A stretch of 64,000 nucleotides of DNA from Escherichia phage ECO319P1. The stretch lies in the sequence record OP172790. One strand, given 5' to 3'. The position numbers were made by a program, and so were the translations under genes. The stretch's first letter is position 1, and the number at the start of each line of letters is the position of its first letter. A model generated the notes under the pieces. That model saw only the letters and a program-made list of their open reading frames with translations, did no database searches and was not told the origin of the DNA. Positions 36,540-45,953 of the stretch are shown piece by piece.

Positions 36540-36815
36540 ATGAAAGATATTATGCGTGATATGGAAATCCGTACTTACTCCACTAAAGGTCATTTTGTTG
36601 AAGCGGAAGCTCTGACAATTCTGTACCCGAGTGAAGTTGACCTGTTCGTTGAGGCATTTGTTGATGCCACTGAAAGTGAGTTAAGCTTTGCAGCTAAGCT
36701 GTATCGCTCGCAAGGTAAGCTGGACACCAACGACCATGTAGCACGTACACTCCGCACTAACATCGCAATCCGTGACCCTAAGACTGGTCGCTTTCTGCCG
36801 TGGAGCAAGAAATAA
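36540..36815 (+). CDS. hypothetical protein
   Basis: 91 aa ORF. Confidence 0.35.
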   Translation: MKDIMRDMEIRTYSTKGHFVEAEALTILYPSEVDLFVEAFVDATESELSFAAKLYRSQGKLDTNDHVARTLRTNIAIRDPKTGRFLPWSKK

Positions 36816-37123
36816 TGATTGGCGAAATCATCACTACAGCACGAGTAATGAATCAGAGCCGCGACACAAGAAGTGTTGCGCTCAAAGTTGCTGAAGAAAC
36901 TGGTGAGTTGGCTCAAGCAGTCAACAAGAATCAGGGATATGATGAAATCGTTAGTGAAGTTGCTGACGTTATCATCGCAGTGACAGATGTGGGCTGGCAA
37001 GCTTTCCTCGATAAGTGGGGTAAATATGCACTTGACAATGATGTTAAAGAAAAATACGAAGCCGACTTAATGACCGCTATTGGTGAGAAACTGAACAAAT
37101 GGGTTCAGGTGTACGGCGAGTAA
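36815..37123 (+). CDS. MazG-like nucleotide pyrophosphohydrolase
   Basis: EETGELAQAV...VSEVADVIIAV helix pair; ATG overlaps upstream stop. Confidence 0.55.
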   Translation: MIGEIITTARVMNQSRDTRSVALKVAEETGELAQAVNKNQGYDEIVSEVADVIIAVTDVGWQAFLDKWGKYALDNDVKEKYEADLMTAIGEKLNKWVQVYGE

Positions 37124-37137
37124 ACTAAGGAGAAGAT

Positions 37138-38973
37138 ATGGAAATCACATCAAGCTGGGACAAACCGTTCCAACTCGAACAGAAAGTGGCTCACATTATT
37201 AGCCAACAAGCAAAGCATGGATGCGACTTCAATAGTCGTAATGCTCATTGGTATGTTCATCTGTTAACTGAACGTATCATCAACATTGATTTGCAGTTGG
37301 TTCCAACTCTGCCACCTATGATGCACAAAGGCACTGAATACAAGGCTCCGTTCAAGATGAATGGTAAGCCGAAGGTGTTTGTCCAGAAGTATATGGACGC
37401 TCAAGGTCTGACAGAGGATATGGTAGGTGGCCCGTTTACAGCGGTGTGGTTTACCCCGTTCGACCCAAGTAAAACTTCACGTCTAAAAGATGTGATGTTG
37501 GACATGGGGTGGATGCCTACTGAATGGAACCAGAAGAAGATGCCGTTTCAACTTTGGACGTATAAAAAGCGTCTGGAGAAGACGACCTTCCGCAAGTTCA
37601 TGGAAGAGCAGACAAGTACCGACGAACGTGAACTATTTCTTCCCTTAGTTAATGGTTTTGTTGCTCAACATTTTGTTGGGAAATCAAAAGGTTACATGAA
37701 AGCAATCCTCAGTGCTCTGGGGTTTGATTTAAAGCGTGTACCGAATTTTGACCAGATTAAGAAGCGTCTTTTGTTGAGTCAGTTCTGGCCGACTTCTCCA
37801 AAAATCACTGAAGATTCATTTGAGTCAGTAAGTGAGGAAGAAGGTCATTCACTGAAACTCCTGAAAGAGCGTATGGTGTGGTCGCACCGTCGTTCACTGA
37901 TTCAGGGTTTGATTGAACTGACTCGTCAGGATGGTAAAATCTCTGGTGAAGCTAACCCATGTGCAACTCCGACAGCACGTATGAGACACAAGGGTATTGT
38001 AAACATTCCAGCCGCAGGTGCTCCTTTCGGTGAAGAGTGTCGCTCATTGTTCCGTGGTAATAAACGTACTGGAACAAAAGCAAAGATTATTCATAAACTT
38101 ACTGCACAGATGGTTGAATCTGGTAAGTTTCGTCGTAAACCGTTCACTAATATCATGCAGGTTTCAAATGGTAAAGGTGGATGGGAAGACGAAGGTCATG
38201 TATCATTCCTGATTCCAGCGGGGCAAGATGCTTTCGTTGGTGGTGATGGTGCAGGTCTTGAACTTCGAATGTTGACTCACTACCTGATTGCAGTATCCAA
38301 AATGCTTCTGAAAGACGCTGAGGAAGCGGGTAATGATAAGTTAATCCGTTACTACGGTGCCGCTTTACAGTCAGCATATGAGTATCGTGAGGTTCTTCTG
38401 AATGGTGATATTCACAGTCACAACCAGAAGCTCGCAGGTCTGCCAACTCGTAAGTCAGCTAAGACGTTTATCTACGCATTCTTATATGGTGCTGGTGATG
38501 CGAACTTGGGTGGTCAACTTGGTGCAGGCCGTGAAGAGGGTGCAGCTTTACGTGCTCGATTCTTGAAAGAATGTCCTTGTATTCCAGTTCTGATTGAGTG
38601 GGTTCAGGATTTTGCCAAGAAGAATGGTTGGGTTCCGGCAATTGATGGTCGTAAACTTATCATGCGTCGTGACCCTTTCAGTGGCGAAGTTATGGCTCAC
38701 AAAGCACTGAATACAATGTTACAAGCAGCAGGTTCAATCGTGATGAAATATGCAGGTTGTTATCTGACTTCTTGGAATGCTCGTGATTGCTTAGATGCAC
38801 ATCAGGTTATCATGATGCACGATGAATATCAGTTCACTTGCAAATGGGAAGATGTTGAAGCTTTACGTCGTAACATTGACTCGTGTGTTAAGAAAGCTGG
38901 TGAATATTTGAAAATGGAATGTCCATTAGCGTCTGACTCAATGTTAGGTGCAAACTGGCTTCATACCCACTAA
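37138..38973 (+). CDS. family A DNA polymerase, polymerase domain only (T7 gp5-like)
   Basis: motif A DGAGLELRM, motif B KTFIYAFLYGAG, motif C HDEYQF. Confidence 0.85.
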   Translation: MEITSSWDKPFQLEQKVAHIISQQAKHGCDFNSRNAHWYVHLLTERIINIDLQLVPTLPPMMHKGTEYKAPFKMNGKPKVFVQKYMDAQGLTEDMVGGPFTAVWFTPFDPSKTSRLKDVMLDMGWMPTEWNQKKMPFQLWTYKKRLEKTTFRKFMEEQTSTDERELFLPLVNGFVAQHFVGKSKGYMKAILSALGFDLKRVPNFDQIKKRLLLSQFWPTSPKITEDSFESVSEEEGHSLKLLKERMVWSHRRSLIQGLIELTRQDGKISGEANPCATPTARMRHKGIVNIPAAGAPFGEECRSLFRGNKRTGTKAKIIHKLTAQMVESGKFRRKPFTNIMQVSNGKGGWEDEGHVSFLIPAGQDAFVGGDGAGLELRMLTHYLIAVSKMLLKDAEEAGNDKLIRYYGAALQSAYEYREVLLNGDIHSHNQKLAGLPTRKSAKTFIYAFLYGAGDANLGGQLGAGREEGAALRARFLKECPCIPVLIEWVQDFAKKNGWVPAIDGRKLIMRRDPFSGEVMAHKALNTMLQAAGSIVMKYAGCYLTSWNARDCLDAHQVIMMHDEYQFTCKWEDVEALRRNIDSCVKKAGEYLKMECPLASDSMLGANWLHTH

Positions 38974-38982
38974 GGTGATAAC

Positions 38983-39156
38983 ATGCACGGATATGGTGAC
39001 AACAGAAAGGTAGACTGGATGTGGTGCTCTTGTAAGAAGTGCATGAAGTCCAGTAGCTACAAACTTTCAAACGACTACAAGGCTGAGAAGAAGCTCGGTC
39101 GTAGTAAAGCTCGTCAAATTGCTAAACAAGAATGTCAGGAGTTAAGTTATGAGTAA
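38983..39156 (+). CDS. small Cys-rich protein (57 aa)
   Basis: CSCKKC motif; under 60 aa. Confidence 0.3.
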   Translation: MHGYGDNRKVDWMWCSCKKCMKSSSYKLSNDYKAEKKLGRSKARQIAKQECQELSYE

Positions 39157-39391
39157 GACACTCACTAAAACCACTTGGGAAGTCGTCACAACGTTTTCTT
39201 GGGGTAACCAAGTCAAATCCTCATACCCAACAAGAAGTCAAGCCAGAAGTGGTCTGAAGAGCGCTAAAGCTACTTATGTGAATGGTAAACCACCTTCATA
39301 TATTGAATCAGTTGATTTATTCCGAGTTAAGACTCTCACTGATGTTGTTGGTACTGGCGAAGCAGTTGCATTTTATAAGAAGGCGCGTTAA
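39149..39391 (+). CDS. hypothetical protein
   Basis: 80 aa ORF. Confidence 0.35.
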   Translation: MSKTLTKTTWEVVTTFSWGNQVKSSYPTRSQARSGLKSAKATYVNGKPPSYIESVDLFRVKTLTDVVGTGEAVAFYKKAR

Positions 39392-39541
39392 TATGGAAAA
39401 GAAATTTTATTGGTTACACAGTTTCCTCGTTTCCTCTGGCAAAGAGCGTAAGCTGATTCAAAAGATTTACGACGATGAAAAGGTTGCTAATGAAAACCTA
39501 GTGCTGATGGGTGGCGCTTTAAATAAACTTGTGGAGGTATA

Positions 39542-39751
39542 ATGCAGTACATTGATAAATATAGTGGTGAGAAGGGTGAAGAAACCCTGTTTATCTTTAA
39601 AACAGATTGTCTGGAGCAAGGTCAGTTGATTAACTTCACTGAACTGGCTAACCTGAAAGAAGAGATTGACCGCTTGTATGGTGATGAACAGTCTCGTATC
39701 CTGAACGAATCACTTCTTGGTGATTACACTTGTGATGGTTGCACAATATGA
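39542..39751 (+). CDS. hypothetical protein
   Basis: 69 aa ORF. Confidence 0.3.
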   Translation: MQYIDKYSGEKGEETLFIFKTDCLEQGQLINFTELANLKEEIDRLYGDEQSRILNESLLGDYTCDGCTI

Positions 39752-39951
39752 GTCTTGCAAAAGAGTTCATGGACTTTATCGTTGACAATGAAATACCACT
39801 ATCAGACAGGGCTGCTGCCCTGATTGGTAAGCTTGGTGTTGCTGACGAAGAACTTGAGTGGCTTTCCTGTCTCAATGCTGCTGGTGTTGATAATTGGGAA
39901 GGCTGTGACTATGCTGCTGACTTGCTGAGGGAGAGAACAGATGAATGTTAA
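39739..39951 (+). CDS. hypothetical protein
   Basis: 70 aa ORF. Confidence 0.3.
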   Translation: MHNMSLAKEFMDFIVDNEIPLSDRAAALIGKLGVADEELEWLSCLNAAGVDNWEGCDYAADLLRERTDEC

Positions 39952-40333
39952 ACTAAGTAAGAAAGGTCAGGCTCTTCTGGCTACTCGTAAACAGGCACTT
40001 CAAGATGTGATTAATAAGTCCTTTGAGAAGATGCCGTTCGATATCACAATTCTCGCAAGTACAGTGCGTACTGAAGAGGAGCAACGAGCTAACATAGCCA
40101 AAGGTGTGTCTTGGACAATGAAGTCTAAGCACCTCACTGGAGAGGCCGTGGACATGGCTCCTTATCCGGTTGACTGGAACAACCTTGAACGGTTTGTACA
40201 GATGGCTGAAGTGGTTCTGACTACTGCCAAAGAAATGGGTATTCCCATTGTCTGGGGTGGTACTTGGAAAGAAACCACTGAAGGTTGGAAACAGAATAAA
40301 CGGTTCGATGGGCCTCATTTCGAACTGAAATAA
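39941..40333 (+). CDS. peptidase M15 (VanY-like) endolysin
   Basis: SKHLTGEAVD and DGPHFE zinc-binding motifs. Confidence 0.7.
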   Translation: MNVKLSKKGQALLATRKQALQDVINKSFEKMPFDITILASTVRTEEEQRANIAKGVSWTMKSKHLTGEAVDMAPYPVDWNNLERFVQMAEVVLTTAKEMGIPIVWGGTWKETTEGWKQNKRFDGPHFELK

Positions 40334-40355
40334 TTATTGCACATTATAATAAGAG
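40331..40355 (+). promoter_or_regulatory. phage promoter element (TAATTATTGCACATTATAATAAGAG)
   Basis: conserved element copy. Confidence 0.55.
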
Positions 40356-40360
40356 TCACT

Positions 40361-40816
40361 ATGGCAAGAAAACCCACTGTAATTGATAACTCATTCCTTG
40401 TTGATATGTTCAATTCTATTGACGGTATCGGAGATTTGGGAAGTTGGATGCAAGATGTAATTTATGGAAGTGCTCGTCTTGGTCATTCTAACCCATCAGC
40501 AGCAGTGGCAATTTTCAAGGCTTTAGCGACTCTTCCAGTTATTAGCTTTGACACTGTAAAGCACTTCGTAAACAACAGGTCAGAGGTAATTGACCAACGT
40601 ACATTCAGTGACAGACATGTTTATGCCTTCATGAACAGAGTCTTATCAGCACGGAAAGGTATTGAGTTTTACTATGAACGTAAGACTGGTCAGAAATTTC
40701 ATAGCATTGAACCAGTGGAAGATGTTGATTCTACTGATTTTGTCTATGCTGATGGTGTAAAAGCCAGTGAATTAGTTTACGAAAATGTTGTAAGAAATCA
40801 TGGAACCGAACACTAA
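40361..40816 (+). CDS. hypothetical protein
   Basis: start at ATG 40361 downstream of promoter element. Confidence 0.5.
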   Translation: MARKPTVIDNSFLVDMFNSIDGIGDLGSWMQDVIYGSARLGHSNPSAAVAIFKALATLPVISFDTVKHFVNNRSEVIDQRTFSDRHVYAFMNRVLSARKGIEFYYERKTGQKFHSIEPVEDVDSTDFVYADGVKASELVYENVVRNHGTEH

Positions 40817-40891
40817 TGTATAGTGTCTAATGAGCGAAGGACGTTTTAACTGAGCCTTCACAATTGAGTTTTATATAAGGAAATATATCAT

Positions 40892-41659
40892 ATGTCTACT
40901 GCAATCCCTTCTACCTCCTCTTCTAAAAAATCTCGCACTGTTTATGATGCAATTGAAAACGATGTTTACGACGCACGTATCGTCCGCTTCATTGGTCTGG
41001 GTGTTCAGGAACAACCTGAATGGCAGGGTGAGAAGAAATCTCCAGCCTTTAAATGCTCCATCTCTTTTGAACTGATTGATATCGACGCAACTGGTCGCAC
41101 TTTCGAAGGTGATGAAGATAAAGTCGGTAAGCCGATTGACCCTCGTCCTTCTTGCATGTTCAAAGATTACTACCTGTTCCCAGGCGCTAAACGTGGCGGT
41201 GTGTTCGACCTGTGTAAAGCAATCGACCCATCAATCACTGAAGTTCCTCGTAATCTGGAATGGTTCATGGATAAGCTGGGTGAAGTTGTGAGTGTTGGTG
41301 TTGGTTCTTATACTACCAAAGCTGGTGTAACTCGTAACAAAGTTACTTCTGTTGGTGCTGTAAGTTCTCGTAACAAGCCTAAAGTTGGTGAAGCACGTTC
41401 TGAACTGGTTGGTTTCAACCCGTATGTAGATTCTCCGGAAATGGTTCAGGCCTACGGTAAAGTTTACAAATTCCAGCGTGACATGCTGACTGAAGCACAC
41501 GATAAAGCGAATATCCCGTTTGCTGGTAAAGAGCCAGTTAACGACAGCGGTGATGGTGAGCGTCCAAGCAACACTGAAACTCGTGAAGAGCAGAAGTACT
41601 CCAAGACTTCTAATCAAACTCCTAACGATGTTCCTTTCGACGACGATATCCCGTTCTAA
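40892..41659 (+). CDS. ssb: single-stranded DNA-binding protein with host-type acidic tail
   Basis: C-terminus ends DDDIPF as in E. coli SSB; followed by terminator. Confidence 0.6.
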   Translation: MSTAIPSTSSSKKSRTVYDAIENDVYDARIVRFIGLGVQEQPEWQGEKKSPAFKCSISFELIDIDATGRTFEGDEDKVGKPIDPRPSCMFKDYYLFPGAKRGGVFDLCKAIDPSITEVPRNLEWFMDKLGEVVSVGVGSYTTKAGVTRNKVTSVGAVSSRNKPKVGEARSELVGFNPYVDSPEMVQAYGKVYKFQRDMLTEAHDKANIPFAGKEPVNDSGDGERPSNTETREEQKYSKTSNQTPNDVPFDDDIPF

Positions 41660-41684
41660 TTTAACGCGTTGCACCGTTAAGACT

Positions 41685-41707
41685 GAGGCCTTCGGGCCTC
41701 TTTATTT
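41685..41707 (+). terminator. intrinsic terminator (UUCG tetraloop)
   Basis: GAGGCC-TTCG-GGCCTC then TTTATTT. Confidence 0.7.
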
Positions 41708-41731
41708 GGATTGTAATAACAAGGATGTGTT

Positions 41732-42289
41732 ATGGCAAAGCGACTAAGTGCTCCAGTTCCAAAGAAGGAACATTATAAAGACTTCGATGAATTATATCGT
41801 GAGTATTGGGCACCACTTCAGAAACAATTCTTCTACATGGAAAAGGATTATCAGCTTGCTGAGGATTTAGCTCAGGAAACGATGCTCCGAGTGTGGCAGT
41901 ATTGGGACAGAATCCAGTGGGATAAACTTGGTGGTGTGATTGGTACAATTGCCAACAACGTCCGGTACGGTTATGTTCGAAAAGAATTTGACCGAGTTGA
42001 TACAGAGATGTACGACAACATTCTGGATTTTGAATGTCATGATGATGGCTTAACTGACCCAATTCGTGATGTATTAAATAATGAGGCAAGCACTTTTGTT
42101 CAGTATGCTTTTGAGAAGCTTAAACCACAGGAACGTGAGTTGTTCTCGGATGTTTATCTGAAGAACCTGAAAACAAAAGATGTTGCAAAGAAACATGGTA
42201 TGACTACTGGCCATATCTATGTTCAATTGTTCCGTATTCGAACTCAACTGGTTACTAACCTTGAGCGTCACGATATTGGAACAAACTAA
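41732..42289 (+). CDS. phage sigma factor (sigma70 family, ECF-like size)
   Basis: region 2-like AEDLAQETMLRVWQYW and region 4 HTH-like LKTKDVAKKHGMTTGHIYVQLFRIR. Confidence 0.6.
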   Translation: MAKRLSAPVPKKEHYKDFDELYREYWAPLQKQFFYMEKDYQLAEDLAQETMLRVWQYWDRIQWDKLGGVIGTIANNVRYGYVRKEFDRVDTEMYDNILDFECHDDGLTDPIRDVLNNEASTFVQYAFEKLKPQERELFSDVYLKNLKTKDVAKKHGMTTGHIYVQLFRIRTQLVTNLERHDIGTN

Positions 42290-42301
42290 GGAGAATATAA
42301 C

Positions 42302-42502
42302 ATGGAAGTTGTATACCAGAACGGCATGTATGAAGTAAAAGTTAATCGGTACGATAATGAGTACCTAGTTGTTAACGTGAAGACTGATGTGGTTGAGGCT
42401 CGTGAATCGGCATTGCCCACAGCAGAATACAAAGCTGATGCTCTTCGTGAAGTTACGCTGAAACGTAATGAAGTTAAGGGTAAAGCGGAGGCAGCACAAT
42501 AA
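42302..42502 (+). CDS. hypothetical protein
   Basis: 66 aa ORF. Confidence 0.35.
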   Translation: MEVVYQNGMYEVKVNRYDNEYLVVNVKTDVVEARESALPTAEYKADALREVTLKRNEVKGKAEAAQ

Positions 42503-43398
42503 TGCGAGTCCTCCTTGATTGCGACATTCTAAGATATCAAATCGGTTCAGTGAAAGCTGCTCACCCATTCTTAAAGGGAGAGTTTGTTCCTGCTCCTGAG
42601 TCGGAGATTTGTCGGTTGGTCGAGGATTTGATTCAGCATGTGATTAAGATTAATAAGGCAGACAGTTATGTCTGTCCTTTATCCGGTAAAGGTAATTTCC
42701 GATTGGACATTGCCAAACAGGAACCCTATAAGGGTAATCGAGACCCAAACGTAACACGACCTTTTCACTATGACACTGTTGGTGACTACATCATTAAGAA
42801 CCACCCTCACGTAATTGTTGATGGGATGGAAGCAGATGATTGGCTAGGCATCGAGCAGCGTAAAGACCCAGAGAATACTTGTATTGCGTCAAGGGATAAA
42901 GACCTTGGAACCGTATTTGGTTATCACTACCGTTGGGCTTGTGGCGAATATCAGCCAGAAAGAACAATTCACTGGATAACTCCATACGAAGCAACTGAGT
43001 TCTTCTTCCACCAAATGCTCACAGGCGACAACACAGATAATATTCTTGGGTGTGGTAAGCGTGAGATGGTTAAGTGGGGAGGCAAAATGATGCTTCGCCG
43101 CAAGGGTGTTGGTAAGGGTGCTGCTGATAAGATTTTAGCAACTTGCTCAACCGTACAAGAAATGTATGATGCTGTTAAGGCTGAATACGAAAAAATTTTT
43201 AGTGACGAGCACGAGGATGTGATGCTCGAAAATGCCAGATTGCTCTACATTGGGCAAACACCAGACAAACTGTTTGAGTGGGACTGGCTTGACTACCAAC
43301 TAAGTAAGGATACTAACGATGAACTTTTACCAACTGAACAGCCTGAATGCACCGGACACCCTACTGATGGTGAATCTGAGCCTTATCACGAAGATTGA
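42502..43398 (+). CDS. 5'-3' exonuclease / flap endonuclease
   Basis: N-terminal VLLDCDILRY and SRDKDLGTV motifs. Confidence 0.65.
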   Translation: MRVLLDCDILRYQIGSVKAAHPFLKGEFVPAPESEICRLVEDLIQHVIKINKADSYVCPLSGKGNFRLDIAKQEPYKGNRDPNVTRPFHYDTVGDYIIKNHPHVIVDGMEADDWLGIEQRKDPENTCIASRDKDLGTVFGYHYRWACGEYQPERTIHWITPYEATEFFFHQMLTGDNTDNILGCGKREMVKWGGKMMLRRKGVGKGAADKILATCSTVQEMYDAVKAEYEKIFSDEHEDVMLENARLLYIGQTPDKLFEWDWLDYQLSKDTNDELLPTEQPECTGHPTDGESEPYHED

Positions 43399-43738
43399 AG
43401 AGTTTGATGAATTCTTCCGAATCTATCTGGTAAGCGGTGATGTGGAAGAGATTGAGCATGATTCATTTATGAGTGCATTGAATGCTTCCGAGACTGGCTA
43501 CTTCAAGTATCAGGTTCAAGCAAAAGAAGTAAACACAGCGATGATGGGCGTCTCCGATGATGATATTGAAGACATGACCAATCTGAGTACTGTAGAAGTT
43601 GTTCCAGAGAGTGCTCTTTCTGATGGTAACACAGGTAATGCATATGCAGAAGGTAGTAGCGCAGTAGATGTTCGTGATGTGATTAATAACATGTCCAAAG
43701 ATGAACTTATTGCACTTCTGTCCAAATTGCAGAAGTAA
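43319..43738 (+). CDS. hypothetical acidic protein
   Basis: 139 aa ORF, overlaps upstream gene by 80 nt. Confidence 0.4.
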   Translation: MNFYQLNSLNAPDTLLMVNLSLITKIEEFDEFFRIYLVSGDVEEIEHDSFMSALNASETGYFKYQVQAKEVNTAMMGVSDDDIEDMTNLSTVEVVPESALSDGNTGNAYAEGSSAVDVRDVINNMSKDELIALLSKLQK

Positions 43739-43746
43739 TCAAATAA

Positions 43747-43772
43747 GGCTGTCTTCGGACGGCCTTTCTTTT
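43747..43772 (+). terminator. intrinsic terminator (UUCG tetraloop)
   Basis: GGCTGTC-TTCG-GACGGCC then TTTCTTTT. Confidence 0.7.
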
Positions 43773-43792
43773 ACCCAAAATTTGAGTGTATT

Positions 43793-44881
43793 ATGAAAAA
43801 AGAGCTATTTGCTGTTGATAAGAACGACAACATTAAACATTGGACTGTCGAAACTAATGGTGCTGAGATTATTGTCTGTCATGGACGATACCAAGGCAAG
43901 ATGCAGAAGAAAGTGACAGTCTGTAAAGCTAAGAATATTGGGAGGGCGAATGAAACAACACCCGAAGACCAAGCGATTCTGGAAGCAGAAGCTAAGTACA
44001 CCAAGCAAATCGACAAGTGCTATCGGGCGACTATTGAAGAGGCAAGACGAGTCGGTCAAGTCCTTCCTATGCTCGCTCATAATTTCCTTGACCACGGGCA
44101 TCGTATTAGCTTTCCTTGCTATGTCAGTGCTAAGCTGGATGGTGTACGATGCGTTGCAACTGTGGAAGATGGTGCTGTCACACTAACAAGTCGTGGTGGT
44201 AAGGAATATCCTTGCCCAGAGGCAATTCATGATGAACTGGTTCACCTTAGTTATCTCACTGGAATTACTAAGTTTGATGGCGAGCTTTATATTCATGGTA
44301 CGAAGCTTCAACACATTGTGTCGGCTGTTAAAAAACCTAACGACTTGACTCCGAAGTTGAAGTATTGTATCTTTGACTTACCGAACACTGATAAGTGGGA
44401 AGACCGTTGGTTAAAGCTCAAAGACATTAAGAATAAATATCGTCTTGACCACATGGAAATCGTTGATTGTATCAAAGTTGAGAACAAACTCTCAGCGGAA
44501 ATGATGCTTCACAAATACATGGGTCAAGGTTACGAGGGTCTGATGCTTCGTAATCTGGATGGGAAGTATGAATACAACCATCGTTCAGCAGATTTACAGA
44601 AGTGGAAAATCATGCAAGACCTCGAAGCCAAGGTAATTAGTGTTGCAGAAGATAAGAATGGTGAGGGTGTCCTGACTTGCCATATAGCGGGTGAACCCGA
44701 TAAAATCTTCGATGTTAAAATGCGTGGGACACATGAGGAACGTCTGGTTGACAATCAGAAGAAGTTGATTGGCAAGTGGATTGTTGTTATTTATCAGGCA
44801 TTTACAGAAGCAGGGTTGCCTCAGTTCCCGGTAGGCAGCCATGTCCGTGAATGTGATGAAGAGGGGAACCCAATTGAATAA
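43793..44881 (+). CDS. ATP-dependent DNA ligase
   Basis: motif I KLDGVR; 362 aa. Confidence 0.8.
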   Translation: MKKELFAVDKNDNIKHWTVETNGAEIIVCHGRYQGKMQKKVTVCKAKNIGRANETTPEDQAILEAEAKYTKQIDKCYRATIEEARRVGQVLPMLAHNFLDHGHRISFPCYVSAKLDGVRCVATVEDGAVTLTSRGGKEYPCPEAIHDELVHLSYLTGITKFDGELYIHGTKLQHIVSAVKKPNDLTPKLKYCIFDLPNTDKWEDRWLKLKDIKNKYRLDHMEIVDCIKVENKLSAEMMLHKYMGQGYEGLMLRNLDGKYEYNHRSADLQKWKIMQDLEAKVISVAEDKNGEGVLTCHIAGEPDKIFDVKMRGTHEERLVDNQKKLIGKWIVVIYQAFTEAGLPQFPVGSHVRECDEEGNPIE

Positions 44882-45197
44882 TGTAGCCGAAGGTGTTCTG
44901 AGAGAATTAGAACGTGCTGTAGCAATCGCAGAAGTTGATGGTGTTCATGAGAAAGTTGCTCTGATTACACTGTTAACTTCAGTGAAACGTGTTGTTCGTG
45001 AAATGCGGACTCACTCTACAACGTGTCCTTCCTGTGGTCAACCTAATATGGGTGCTCACTATTGTGTCGGTTCAATGCAAACTGCAAAGACTGGACTGAG
45101 GGATTTGCTCGGTAAAGAAGGTTATTATCGAGACAGTTCTGAGATACTCAAGGACGTTTGGCCCGGTTGTGATACGAGTAAGATTGGAGCTTGGTAA
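44841..45197 (+). CDS. hypothetical Cys-containing protein
   Basis: 118 aa ORF; start uncertain. Confidence 0.35.
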   Translation: MSVNVMKRGTQLNNVAEGVLRELERAVAIAEVDGVHEKVALITLLTSVKRVVREMRTHSTTCPSCGQPNMGAHYCVGSMQTAKTGLRDLLGKEGYYRDSSEILKDVWPGCDTSKIGAW

Positions 45198-45409
45198 TGG
45201 CTCGAAAACCACGTAAACCAAAAGTTAAACCGATTATCAATGTTTGGGACATGGATGAAGAAACGATTCAGAAGGTTATTACGCATCTGGAGAAGGATTT
45301 CCCGCTCTCAGGAATGTTAATCCGTTACAAAGCAGAGATTGGTCGTCGTAATGACGGCCTTTCCGTTGAAGATTTCTATAAAGTTAAGGAAGACGATGAA
45401 GATTTATAA
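45191..45409 (+). CDS. hypothetical protein
   Basis: 72 aa ORF. Confidence 0.35.
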   Translation: MVMARKPRKPKVKPIINVWDMDEETIQKVITHLEKDFPLSGMLIRYKAEIGRRNDGLSVEDFYKVKEDDEDL

Positions 45410-45953
45410 TGCCGGTCATATGCTTACCCGTGGTGCTCAGTTCCAACGTCAAGTTGAAAAAGATGAACTGAATAGTGTTGCTGATGATTTACAGTGGTAC
45501 GACCCGAAGGAAAATAAAGAAATCAACGATAAGGCTAATCTGGATAATAACGATGGACTCGCTGAGAAGATTGTTCGCCAAGACACAAATGCTCTGTTTT
45601 GGGCTGATACTGTGGTCATTGAGCCCCTACCTGAAGCTCTTGGAACTCATGTCGAACTCGGACAGCTCAAAGGCATGCGGGATATGGCGATTGCGATTGT
45701 TAATCTTATCAATAACGCTACCTCCGTCGATGATGCTTTTATGCAAATCGGTGCTCTCTGTGACAAACAAATAACTCGTTCTGTATACCCACACTATGAG
45801 GATATCCGCAGATTCAAAGGGGCGAATGAGTCCGAAGACCGTCGTTCTTGGGGTATCAATCAATATGTGTATGGTGTATGCCTTGACTTAACAGACGGTA
45901 AGGGTTTATACGACTGGAGCGAGGTTCTGAGGGAACTTAGCAATGAAGATTGA
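45396..45953 (+). CDS. nucleoside 2-deoxyribosyltransferase-like protein
   Basis: N-terminus MKIYNAGHM resembles the NDT-family start; AAGGA RBS 6 nt upstream of ATG 45396. Confidence 0.45.
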   Translation: MKIYNAGHMLTRGAQFQRQVEKDELNSVADDLQWYDPKENKEINDKANLDNNDGLAEKIVRQDTNALFWADTVVIEPLPEALGTHVELGQLKGMRDMAIAIVNLINNATSVDDAFMQIGALCDKQITRSVYPHYEDIRRFKGANESEDRRSWGINQYVYGVCLDLTDGKGLYDWSEVLRELSNED

